Source: an uncultured Candidatus Saccharibacteria bacterium
Lineage (GTDB): Bacteria > Patescibacteriota > Minisyncoccia > Phycocordibacterales > Phycocordibacteraceae
Direction: 5' to 3'
Length of the DNA: 37,459 bases
Assembly: GCA_964650475.1 (NCBI GenBank)
Contig: CAZYRK010000005.1
Coordinates: 1-37,459 of the forward strand
Positions 9,120 to 17,720 of this stretch are shown one piece after another (within the stretch, counting starts at the first letter, position 1; every line of letters starts with the position of its first letter). The translations under genes and the position numbers were made by a program. The notes under the pieces are model-generated. The model saw only the letters and a list, made by a program, of their open reading frames with translations. It was not told the origin of the DNA and made no database searches.

Positions 9120-11588
9120 TTACAAGACAACCATTGAAGCAATAGAATCTCCTGCGCGCATCTTCATAATACGAACACCCTGCGTAGCTCTTTTTAGAGC
9201 AGGAACTTCTATAGCTCCGGTACGAATCACTTGCCCTTTCTTTGAAACAACCACTATTTCCTGTTCGTGTATCTTGTCTATAAGAATCTTCGCTCCTATA
9301 ATCTTTCCAGTTTTTTCAGTAACTTCCGCTGTTTTTATTCCGGAGCCACCACGACCCTGTACTTTGTATCCATTCATCAAAGTACGTTTTCCATAACCCT
9401 TCTCTGTAATAACCAGAAGTGACGCATCTTTTGCATCTGCCGGTATTATTTCTGCTGAAACAACGCGATCGCCTTTTTTAACATTCATACCCTTTACACC
9501 ACCGGCTGTGCGACCCATTTCGCGTACATCTTCAATATCAAATCTTATAGACTGTCCGTTTCTTGTTACAACAGAAACGGTGTCTCCTGTTCCTGCAAGC
9601 GAAGCACATACCAAACGGTCATCACCTTTCAAAGAAATTGCAATTATTCCCGTGCTTCGCACACCGGAAAAACTCTTTGCTGCAACGCGTTTTGTAACGC
9701 CTCCGCTTGTGACAAATACAATCGAATAAGCATCCCATGCAGCGCCCTTTTGCACAGGCAAAATAGAAGTTACCTTTTCATCACCAGCCAAAGGCAAGAA
9801 ATTCATAATACTCTTACCTTTTGTAGCGCGTCTCCCTTCTGGAATCTCATACATTTTAAGAGCGTACGCCTTACCGTAATCTGTAAAGAACAACAGATCA
9901 GCATGAGCAGAAGCTACGAGAAAATGCTTCACAATATCTTCCTCTTTTGTTGCGATATCTACAACCCCAACACCACCGCGTTTTTGGTGTTTGTATTCGT
10001 CTGGGTTGGTGCGCTTCACATAGCCACCTTTCGTTAGCACCAAAACAGACTCCTCGTCTGGAACAAGGTCTTCAACAGAAATATTTTTTACCCCGCCCTT
10101 AACTATTTTCGTACGGCGATTGTCACCATATTTATCACTCACCTCGATAAGCTCTGTTTTTACAACAGCGAGAATATTCTTTTCAGAAGAAAGTATTTTT
10201 TTAAGTTTCTCAATTATCCTCTCGAGTTCTGCCAACTCATCGTCAATCTTCTTGCGCTCAAGACCTGCGAGTGTTTGCAAACGCATCGCAAGTATCGCGG
10301 TAGTCTGGCGTTCGGAAAACTTAAACTTTTTTTGGAGGGCGAGTCCGGCGCTTGGCACATCTGGAGCTTTTTTGATAATCGCAATAACCTCATCGATATG
10401 ATCGAGCGCTTTCGCAAGACCCAGCAAAATATGTTCACGCTCTTGCGATTTACGTAAATCGAACTCTGTACGGCGACGCACGACTTGCTGTCTGTGTGCC
10501 ACAAAGTTTTCAAGCATTCCTTTTAAGGAAAGTGTTTGGGGTACGCCGTCAACCAAAGCGAGCATATTATAATGAAAGGCGCTTTCAAGCTCTGTATGTT
10601 TGTAAATAGCGTTAAGTACAGCCTGTGGAAACGCATTGCTCTTTAGCTCTACAACCACACGAATATCGCTCGTAGATTCATCTCGAAGATCGCGAATCCC
10701 CTCTATCTTCTTTAAACGTACCAAATCTGCGATTCGCGTAATCATATCAGCTTTGTTCACTTGATATGGTATGGAAGTGATAATGATGCTTGTTCCCTTT
10801 TTCTCATCAACAATCTCCGCCTCGCCTCGTACAATCACACCGCCTCTACCATTTATATACGCATGTCGTATATCATCTTGATTAAACGCGACACCTCCCA
10901 ATGGAAAATCAGGTCCTTTAACGAATTGAAGCAAATCTTCTGTGGTTGCACTAGAATTCTCAATGAGGTGCACTGTTGCTGCAACAACCTCGCGCAAGTT
11001 GTGTGGAGGTATCTTTGTAGCCATACCTACAGCTATACCGAGAGTTCCGTTTAGTAACAGATTCGGAAGTGCCGATGGAAGTACTTTCGGTTCTTGGCGC
11101 GTTGCGTCATAGTTCGGGTTCCAGTCCACTGTATCTTTTTCGATATCACGCAAAAGCTCTTCGCCGATACGTGACATTTTTGCCTCGGTGTAACGCATAG
11201 CGGCAGGAGAATCGCCGTCGATAGAACCGAAGTTTCCCTGACCAAGCACCAAAGGATACCTGTACGAAAATTCCTGTGCCATTTTTGCCATCGCGTCATA
11301 AACGGCCGTGTCACCATGTGGGTGATATTTACCAAGCACTTCACCGACGACTGTAGCGGATTTACGAAACTTCGATGTTGGGGCAAGCCCCATGTTTTTC
11401 ATAGCGTACAAAATACGACGATGCACAGGTTTCAAGCCGTCACGCACATCAGGTAACGCACGCCCAGTGATAACAGACATGGCGTAATCTACATACGATA
11501 CGCGCATTTCCGATGTAATACTCTGGTTTATAATGCGAGCATCGCCAAGAGCAGTTGTTTCTTTTTTCTCGTTATTTTGGTCTGCCAT
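9120..11588 (-). CDS. gyrA: DNA gyrase subunit A
   Basis: 822 aa; [29 protein letters not shown] (catalytic Tyr), GyrA-box QKRGGVG, CTD propeller repeats. Confidence 0.98.
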   Translation of the reverse strand: MADQNNEKKETTALGDARIINQSITSEMRVSYVDYAMSVITGRALPDVRDGLKPVHRRILYAMKNMGLAPTSKFRKSATVVGEVLGKYHPHGDTAVYDAMAKMAQEFSYRYPLVLGQGNFGSIDGDSPAAMRYTEAKMSRIGEELLRDIEKDTVDWNPNYDATRQEPKVLPSALPNLLLNGTLGIAVGMATKIPPHNLREVVAATVHLIENSSATTEDLLQFVKGPDFPLGGVAFNQDDIRHAYINGRGGVIVRGEAEIVDEKKGTSIIITSIPYQVNKADMITRIADLVRLKKIEGIRDLRDESTSDIRVVVELKSNAFPQAVLNAIYKHTELESAFHYNMLALVDGVPQTLSLKGMLENFVAHRQQVVRRRTEFDLRKSQEREHILLGLAKALDHIDEVIAIIKKAPDVPSAGLALQKKFKFSERQTTAILAMRLQTLAGLERKKIDDELAELERIIEKLKKILSSEKNILAVVKTELIEVSDKYGDNRRTKIVKGGVKNISVEDLVPDEESVLVLTKGGYVKRTNPDEYKHQKRGGVGVVDIATKEEDIVKHFLVASAHADLLFFTDYGKAYALKMYEIPEGRRATKGKSIMNFLPLAGDEKVTSILPVQKGAAWDAYSIVFVTSGGVTKRVAAKSFSGVRSTGIIAISLKGDDRLVCASLAGTGDTVSVVTRNGQSIRFDIEDVREMGRTAGGVKGMNVKKGDRVVSAEIIPADAKDASLLVITEKGYGKRTLMNGYKVQGRGGSGIKTAEVTEKTGKIIGAKILIDKIHEQEIVVVSKKGQVIRTGAIEVPALKRATQGVRIMKMRAGDSIASMVVL

Positions 11589-11594
11589 ATTTTA

Positions 11595-11972
11595 TTAAAA
11601 AGGTATCAATGTTTTTGCGTCAGTTGAACTCGCAGAACCTGTAAAAGAGTGACTGACTTCGACTATTTGTAAATGAGGCGCCTGTTTTATGCTCTTATGC
11701 ATTACAGCCGATCCGGCGGCGGCTACAAAATCGGAATTGTTTACATTAGGTCTTCCTGTATCATAAACCGCTGCGGCATCCAACACTTTCTGGCTTTTCT
11801 CAAACGAAAGCGCTGGTGAGAGCATCGGAGCAAAGAAACCTCCAGTAGAAGTTAATGATGTTGTAATCCATATTATAGCTATAAAGATAGTTGCTCCCGT
11901 AGCAACACCAAACGCAATGCGCTCACGAACATGCACCGGCTTTGCTTTTAATCTTTGGATAAAATCGTTCAT
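11595..11972 (-). CDS. Hypothetical single-pass membrane protein
   Basis: 125 aa; one TM helix; ATGA overlap with upstream gene and co-oriented with gyrA. Confidence 0.65.
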   Translation of the reverse strand: MNDFIQRLKAKPVHVRERIAFGVATGATIFIAIIWITTSLTSTGGFFAPMLSPALSFEKSQKVLDAAAVYDTGRPNVNNSDFVAAAGSAVMHKSIKQAPHLQIVEVSHSFTGSASSTDAKTLIPF

Positions 11973-12610
11973 GGCGTTATCACTATAATAGCACCTTCTT
12001 TTTCGGCTGCATCTTTCTTTTTCAAAGTTAACTTATTTACAGTTTCCGCACTATCGCCGGTCTCTTTCAAAAAAGTCTCGAGCGATGACGGCTCACCCAT
12101 TCCGTTCCAATGCATCGGAATGATAATGCGCGGCTCGAGAACCATTGCGAGTTTTTTTGCAGAGATAGCATCCAAAACACCGTCTCCGCCGATAGGAACG
12201 AATAATATGTCTATTGTTTCGATTGCTTCGCGCGCTGTTGGAGAAAGCATCGTATCGGAAAGAGCTCCTAAATGTAAGATGTTCATTCCCTCAAGACCGA
12301 CCAAATAAGCGGTATTCATTACTTCATCGGTGCCTTCTGGAAGCTTGTATTGGCTTTTTGTTAAAAAACCCTGAACCATAATACCGGAGTGCTCGTACTC
12401 ACCAGGACCATTTATGACAAACGGTTTTTTCCCGCCGTTTGTAACCTCTGCTACGCCGTTCATGTCCGGATTGTTGCGCGAAACAAAAGCGATATCCGCC
12501 CCAAAACGCACTGCAGGAAGCGAAGCTCCTTTTGCGATAGGGTCAAACACCAGCGTTAAATCGCCAAATGTAACTTTAAAACATTGTCCTCCTTGATGTG
12601 TGATGACCAT
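11969..12610 (-). CDS. MBL-fold (lactamase_B_3-like) protein lacking canonical metal ligands
   Basis: Start moved to 12610 (MVITHQGGQCF); LVFDP, GPGEYE, ILHLG, IDILFVPIGG, EPRIIIPMHW; the HxHxDH position reads RNNPDM. Confidence 0.82.
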   Translation of the reverse strand: MVITHQGGQCFKVTFGDLTLVFDPIAKGASLPAVRFGADIAFVSRNNPDMNGVAEVTNGGKKPFVINGPGEYEHSGIMVQGFLTKSQYKLPEGTDEVMNTAYLVGLEGMNILHLGALSDTMLSPTAREAIETIDILFVPIGGDGVLDAISAKKLAMVLEPRIIIPMHWNGMGEPSSLETFLKETGDSAETVNKLTLKKKDAAEKEGAIIVITP

Positions 12611-12647
12611 ATATTGAATATATTTTACCACACACAAGTGCGCAGTG

Positions 12648-12690
12648 GTAGAGCGCGACAAAAAAACTGCGTTTTTTTGTCGCGCTCTAC
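12648..12690. repeat. Perfect 20-bp-stem palindrome between divergent genes
   Basis: GTAGAGCGCGACAAAAAAAC-TGC-GTTTTTTTGTCGCGCTCTAC. Confidence 0.85.
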
Positions 12691-12824
12691 TCAAACAAAA
12701 CAAAATGAAGTTATTTTAGTTTCGGTGTGTATTGACAATATTTACGTCTTGCCACAATATATCTTGTGGATAGTGCTTGTTTACAAATACCTGTAACAAG
12801 CAAAAAATAAACATGGAGGTGTTT

Positions 12825-13019
12825 ATGAAAAAGGACAAAGAGCAGCGAGAGAAAAGGTTGTCCGAATTGGAAAGAGAATGGGAAGATGACGACTTGGACG
12901 TCGGGCATCTAAGCGATGCAAGGTGGAAAAAGTTGGCAACATCTCCGAAATCTTTTTTGAATCCTATGTATTCAAAAAGAGAAACAAGGGATACCCCTAC
13001 GCCAAGCACTGGGGGGTAA
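12825..13019 (+). CDS. Small charged hypothetical protein (64 aa)
   Basis: SD GGAGGT (12815-12820) 4 nt before ATG; MKKDKEQREKRLSELEREWEDDD...; downstream hairpin. Confidence 0.6.
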   Translation: MKKDKEQREKRLSELEREWEDDDLDVGHLSDARWKKLATSPKSFLNPMYSKRETRDTPTPSTGG

Positions 13020-13025
13020 GACAAA

Positions 13026-13049
13026 AAGGCACTCAATCACGAGTGCCTT
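13026..13049 (+). terminator. Hairpin after the small ORF; probable terminator
   Basis: AAGGCACTC-AATCAC-GAGTGCCTT. Confidence 0.55.
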
Positions 13050-13064
13050 AAACATTTTATAATA

Positions 13065-13093
13065 TTTACATACTTGCTTTTCTCTGATACTCT
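13065..13093 (+). promoter_or_regulatory. Sigma70-type promoter for rpsA
   Basis: -35 TTTACA (13065-70), 17-nt spacer, TG at 13085-86, -10 TACTCT (13088-93). Confidence 0.5.
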
Positions 13094-13112
13094 TTTTTTA
13101 CTAACGAAAGTG

Positions 13113-13185
13113 GAGCGCTCCGAGGGGTGCTTTAGAAGTCGCGAGCGGGCTAACACTGGTAAGGAAACGAACCGGAACCCATCGC
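13113..13185 (+). promoter_or_regulatory. Candidate structured 5' leader RNA of rpsA
   Basis: GC-rich two-hairpin segment in an AT-rich intergenic region: GAGCGCTC-CGAG-GGGTGCTT, and GCGA/GGG/CTGGT paired with ACCGG/CCC/TCGC. Confidence 0.45.
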
Positions 13186-13210
13186 AAAACCATTTTCGTA
13201 CAATATTTTA

Positions 13211-14350
13211 ATGTCAGAATTAATGTCAGAAGAGACCCAATCCGCACCGGAAATTTCCGTAAGCGCAACAATTAACCCGGAAAGTTCAATGTTCCAGTTC
13301 GCTGAACAAATTCCAAACCCGCCTAAAATCAGCGACCTCATTGAGGGAACGATAGTCGCAATCAGTCGCGGTCGAATTTATATCGACCTACCGCCTTTTG
13401 GTGCAGGAATTATTTACGGACGAGAATACTTAAACGCTGCAGATGTTTTGCGAAAAGCAAATGTTGGCGACACTATTACTGCAAAAGTTGTCGACCCTTC
13501 CGGACACGAAGGATATATTGAGCTTTCGCTTAAAGAAGCACGTCAAGCCGCTATCTGGGGCGAAGCTGAAAAAGCAATCCTTTCTGAAACGACATACACA
13601 CTGCCGATTGAAGAAGCAAACAAAGGTGGTCTTATTATTTCATGGCAAGGAATTAACGGCTTCCTTCCTGCAAGTCAGCTTTCTAAAAAGCACTATCCGC
13701 GCGTAGCAGACGGTGATAAAGACCGTATCTTGGAAGAGCTCAAACATCTTGTTGGGCAGACACTTTCAGTGCGTATTATCACAGCCGACCCTAAAGAAGG
13801 AAAACTTATCTTTTCCGAACGAACTGGCGTGGAAGATGAAGAGAAAGCAACTCTCATAGACAAATACGAAGTTGGTGATGTTCTTGAGGGTGAGGTTACA
13901 GGTATTGTCGATTTCGGTGTATTTGTAAAAGTAGAATCCGGTCTTGAGGGGCTAGTGCATATTAGCGAACTCGACTGGGGTCTCGTTGAAGACCCCCACA
14001 CATTATTTAATGTAGGCGACTCTGTAAAAGTAAAAGTTATCGAGATTAAAGATGACAAAATGTCACTTTCGATAAAAGCGCTTAAAGAAAACCCGTGGCA
14101 TACAGCCGGCAAACGCTACAAGAAAGGCATGGAAGTTTCTGGAGTTATCATCAAATACAATAAGTATGGGGCACTCGCCTCCATCGAGGAAGGTATCGCC
14201 GGTCTCGTGCATATCAGTGAGTTTGAAAGCCCTCAAGCCCTGCGCGATACACTGGAGCTTGGAACTACATACCCTTTCAACATCACGTTGTTTGAGCCTA
14301 AAGATCAGCGCATGACACTAACCTACGTGGGAGATAAAAGTAAAAAGTAA
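13211..14350 (+). CDS. rpsA: 30S ribosomal protein S1 (four S1 domains)
   Basis: 379 aa; NKGGL, GFLPASQL, DFGVFV-GLEGLVHISEL, GIAGLVHISEF repeats. Confidence 0.95.
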   Translation: MSELMSEETQSAPEISVSATINPESSMFQFAEQIPNPPKISDLIEGTIVAISRGRIYIDLPPFGAGIIYGREYLNAADVLRKANVGDTITAKVVDPSGHEGYIELSLKEARQAAIWGEAEKAILSETTYTLPIEEANKGGLIISWQGINGFLPASQLSKKHYPRVADGDKDRILEELKHLVGQTLSVRIITADPKEGKLIFSERTGVEDEEKATLIDKYEVGDVLEGEVTGIVDFGVFVKVESGLEGLVHISELDWGLVEDPHTLFNVGDSVKVKVIEIKDDKMSLSIKALKENPWHTAGKRYKKGMEVSGVIIKYNKYGALASIEEGIAGLVHISEFESPQALRDTLELGTTYPFNITLFEPKDQRMTLTYVGDKSKK

Positions 14351-14364
14351 ACTCTATTTATCAC

Positions 14365-14413
14365 AAAACAAACCGGGCGCGATGGCATTCTGCCATCGCG
14401 CCCGGTTTGTTTT
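14365..14413. terminator. Bidirectional terminator-like perfect 23-bp hairpin between convergent rpsA and pth
   Basis: AAAACAAACCGGGCGCGATGGCA-TTC-TGCCATCGCGCCCGGTTTGTTTT. Confidence 0.8.
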
Positions 14414-14436
14414 AATCACAAGCTGTTTTGACACCC

Positions 14437-15036
14437 CTATTTCTTTGTATTTGCAAACTGCATTGCAGACTCGACACCTTCAACAGCAAAAAGATGTGCC
14501 GAGAGAACGGCTTTTTTTAGCGCTTTGTTTATAGCGAGTTTTTCTTTTGGAGAAAATTTTCCAATAACATGCTTAATCACCCGCTCTTCACCGGATGGTT
14601 TTTTTATTTTCCCTTTTGGTGTTGCGGGGGAAATTCCGATTTTTATCTGCGCAAAATCTTTCGTTTTTATTGCTCGCATAATACTCTCGATACCTTTATG
14701 CCCTCCGGACCCGTGCCCGAAAGTCATTTTAATTTTACCAATCGGCATATCCAAATCGTCACGCAATACAAGTAATTTTTCAGAAGCCTTTTTGGACTTA
14801 GCAAGTGTCATCACAGACTTTCCGGATAAGTTCATCATAGTTTCCGGAAGTGCCAGCACTGTTTTCGTCCCATCGATATCCCCTTTCGAAATAAGTGCTT
14901 GCGATTTTTTGTTTAATGTAAAGTTTTCAAACTGCTCTTTCTTTGCAAGAGCCTCGACAGCCATACGCCCCGCGTTGTGACGAGTTTTCGCATACTCTGC
15001 CCCAGGATTTCCAAGACCAACAATAACAGTATTCAT
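14437..15036 (-). CDS. pth: Peptidyl-tRNA hydrolase
   Basis: 199 aa; IVGLGNPG-EYAKTRHNAG, PETMMNLSG, DDLD, GSGGHKG. Confidence 0.96.
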   Translation of the reverse strand: MNTVIVGLGNPGAEYAKTRHNAGRMAVEALAKKEQFENFTLNKKSQALISKGDIDGTKTVLALPETMMNLSGKSVMTLAKSKKASEKLLVLRDDLDMPIGKIKMTFGHGSGGHKGIESIMRAIKTKDFAQIKIGISPATPKGKIKKPSGEERVIKHVIGKFSPKEKLAINKALKKAVLSAHLFAVEGVESAMQFANTKK

Positions 15037-15166
15037 AATTTATTTATTAAACGCTATTGCGACCGGTCTGACAAATCACAATACACACAGCGAGCAAATA
15101 AAACATGATTTCTAAATTATTTTAATAATTAATTAGCATTAAATTGCACTGTTTTTAAGCGAAAAT

Positions 15167-15194
15167 TTGACGTGCGCGCAACAGGGCTTACAAT
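15167..15194 (+). promoter_or_regulatory. Sigma70-type promoter for lepB, near-leaderless
   Basis: TTGACG (15167-72), 16 nt, TACAAT (15189-94), 8 nt, then ATG at 15203. Confidence 0.55.
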
Positions 15195-15202
15195 ACACAT
15201 AA

Positions 15203-15790
15203 ATGCAGAACAACTCGAGCATAACGAGAGAGGTTATTAAGTTTATATTGTTGGTAGTTTTGGTTGTAATTCCAATTCGGCTATTCATTGCACAACCATT
15301 CATTGTAGACGGAGAATCGATGCATCCCACATTTGAAAACGGCAACTATCTTGTCGTAGACGAGCTTACATACGACTTCGAAAAACCTCGTCGTGGCGAT
15401 GTTATCGTTTTTCGATACCCTGGAGACCCTTCTATTTTTTATATAAAACGAATAATAGGGCTACCTGACGAAACAGTAACTATTAAAAACGGAAAGACTA
15501 CGATAACCGAGTCCAACGGCTCTTCACGAGTACTTAAAGAGCCCTACATTTCCGCTCTGGACGCAAGCTACAATACAAACGTAACCCTTACACCAAATCA
15601 ATACTTTGTTATGGGTGACAACCGCCCTAAGAGCTCTGATTCTCGCGTATGGGGTCCGCTTCCTTCAAAAAACATCATTGGTCGTGTCATTACACGACTA
15701 TATCCACCTTCCGTTCTTGGTATTTTCCCCGGTAAACATTATTTTGCACCTATTATTTCCACAAAATCAAATTCAACAACAACGCTATGA
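15203..15790 (+). CDS. lepB: Signal peptidase I
   Basis: 195 aa; GESMHPT (Ser), YIKRIIGLP (Lys), YFVMGDNR--SSDSR-WG. Confidence 0.96.
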   Translation: MQNNSSITREVIKFILLVVLVVIPIRLFIAQPFIVDGESMHPTFENGNYLVVDELTYDFEKPRRGDVIVFRYPGDPSIFYIKRIIGLPDETVTIKNGKTTITESNGSSRVLKEPYISALDASYNTNVTLTPNQYFVMGDNRPKSSDSRVWGPLPSKNIIGRVITRLYPPSVLGIFPGKHYFAPIISTKSNSTTTL

Positions 15791-16935
15791 GTCCTTTAAT
15801 TTCAATACTTCCTGAAGAGGTTTTACGTCGTGCATATTCCATTGGTAACTACTATGGGTTTTCTCCATTTCCAAATCTTGCACTTGAAGCACGAGAAAAG
15901 CGCCCGCCTCGAGCCCCATACCCAAAAGACTTCAATCTCTCCGAGTTAGATTCTCATGCACAGATAGTTGCCAGCTTCCTCAAAAAGATACGTGACGCGG
16001 GAATTACTCCGTCTGTACAACAACCATTATTTACATGGCATACAAATGTAACAGCAGGACGCCCAGCACCAAAAAAGATTATTGTTCAGTTCCACGCCCT
16101 AGGCTCCGCGCACGCCATAGCCGACGCCGTTATTATGCGTGCGGCACAAGCGTTTATTACAGACATCTTAAAAGCAAAGCCTACGCTCCATGTAAATAGT
16201 GTTGGGGATAAAGAAACTCGAGTACGCTACTCTCGCGAACTGAGCTCTTATTTTCGACAAAACGGTACGGATATTCCTGCAGACTGTATGTCTGATACAA
16301 AAACAGAGCTTTTTGAAACTCTTGAAAATATGCTGTCCAACCTTCCACAAAAACATATCCCTTCGTCTACAGATCACCTTTCCGAGTCCAGCAGAAAACA
16401 TTTTGAAAACGTATTGGAGTTTCTTGAAGAAGCTGATACTCCATACAAACTTGCTCCGGAGCTTGTTTCCAGAGCAGATGCATGGACAGACACACGTTTT
16501 GATATACGAGTAGACAACGAGTGCGTAGCGTGGGGCTCTCGATACCACGACATAACATCACATTTTTTCGAACAGCCAGTGCCGGGAATCGCAGTGATTA
16601 TACGTTTTGCCACACGAAGAGGCGTTGTTCCCACAGTACGTGCACCGGAAAAACCACGAGCAATGTTTCTTCACATTGGAGACGAAGCAAAAAAAACGTG
16701 TGTCAGAATGGTGGAAAGTTTACGAAAAGAACACATGCCGATTGTTCAAATGATAGGAGTCGAATCCTTGGTCGAGCAGATGCGCATCGCAGAAATACTA
16801 AAGCCTCCATACATTATATTGATGGGACGTAAAGAGGCTTTGGAAGGTACCGCTATTTTACGATCTCGCGCGACACATGTTGAAACCATTATCCCTCTTG
16901 ACGAATTGATTCAGAACTTAAAAACAGTTTTATAA
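15787..16935 (+). CDS. Degenerate histidyl-tRNA synthetase paralogue (class IIa fold plus anticodon-binding domain)
   Basis: 382 aa; remnants YYGF, LAPELVSRADAWTDTRFDI (cf. LVRGLDYYT--VFE), AWGSRY (cf. GGGRY); C-terminal LRKE-M...MRIAEILKPPYIILMGRKEALEG. Confidence 0.72.
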   Translation: MSPLISILPEEVLRRAYSIGNYYGFSPFPNLALEAREKRPPRAPYPKDFNLSELDSHAQIVASFLKKIRDAGITPSVQQPLFTWHTNVTAGRPAPKKIIVQFHALGSAHAIADAVIMRAAQAFITDILKAKPTLHVNSVGDKETRVRYSRELSSYFRQNGTDIPADCMSDTKTELFETLENMLSNLPQKHIPSSTDHLSESSRKHFENVLEFLEEADTPYKLAPELVSRADAWTDTRFDIRVDNECVAWGSRYHDITSHFFEQPVPGIAVIIRFATRRGVVPTVRAPEKPRAMFLHIGDEAKKTCVRMVESLRKEHMPIVQMIGVESLVEQMRIAEILKPPYIILMGRKEALEGTAILRSRATHVETIIPLDELIQNLKTVL

Positions 16936-17029
16936 TTTGCGGTATGAATAAAAACAATGTATCCAAACATGTAGTTCATGCTGTTTTCGGTGGACAAGCA
17001 ATGCCTGAGTATGTTAATGTAACGCTAAT

Positions 17030-17290
17030 ATGACTTGCGCAACACGAGTAGAAGTTCGTCGCGGAAAGAACGAGAGTTCTATCGCACTTATTCGACGTTT
17101 TTCACGCCGAGCAAAAGGAACGAACATTGTTCGCCATATGCGCATACGTCGCTATTACGCGCGCCTCAAATCAAATAACGTAAATCGCAAACGAGCACTC
17201 GTCGGAATTATGCGCCGTGAAAAATATCACGAGCTGGTGAAACTTGGCAAGATTGACCCTATGGCACGCAGAAATACACGTCGTCGATAA
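17030..17290 (+). CDS. rpsU: 30S ribosomal protein bS21 (CPR-like)
   Basis: 86 aa, very basic; VEVRRGKNES-IALIRRFSRR...RRYY. Confidence 0.8.
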   Translation: MTCATRVEVRRGKNESSIALIRRFSRRAKGTNIVRHMRIRRYYARLKSNNVNRKRALVGIMRREKYHELVKLGKIDPMARRNTRRR

Positions 17291-17318
17291 ACACTTATTT
17301 TCTTTGCAAACTCATTCC

Positions 17319-17720
17319 ATGGGTGGTCTTACAATACGAAACTTTACCCGGCGCAACGTGCCGGGTTCTCCATTTGAAAAAGCACTTTCTCTCATACTTC
17401 CCGACTGGGAAATCTCACTTGTTTTTGTAGGAGAAACTCGTGCAAAAAATCTAAATATTCGCCTGCGAAAAAAAACATACACACCGAACGTTCTTTCATA
17501 TGAACTCGGAAAAAACAGCGGTGAGATATTTATATGTCCAAAAATTGCTGTCAAAAACGCGAGTTCTTTCGGTCTTTCGTCCAGTAATTTCATACTACTT
17601 TTATTTATCCACGGTTTATTGCATTTGAAAGGATACCGACACGGCACTACAATGGAAGAACACGAACGAAAATTCCTTTCACGCATTGTTAGGAACAGCG
17701 CTTGTATACAAAAAAAATGA
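17319..17720 (+). CDS. ybeY: rRNA maturation endoribonuclease YbeY
   Basis: Start moved to 17319; LNIRLRKK-YTPNVLSY, GEIFIC, IHGLLHLKGYRH metal motif. Confidence 0.9.
   Translation: MGGLTIRNFTRRNVPGSPFEKALSLILPDWEISLVFVGETRAKNLNIRLRKKTYTPNVLSYELGKNSGEIFICPKIAVKNASSFGLSSSNFILLLFIHGLLHLKGYRHGTTMEEHERKFLSRIVRNSACIQKK

Noticed and set aside
12700-12800. Replication origin near gyrA
   Set aside because: Only one 8/9 DnaA-box match (TGTGGATAG near 12765); no box cluster, DUE or dnaA/dnaN.
13100-13200. SRP RNA, 6S RNA or known riboswitch upstream of rpsA
   Set aside because: No SRP helix-8 motif with GNRA loop, too short for 6S, and no aptamer consensus that I recognise.
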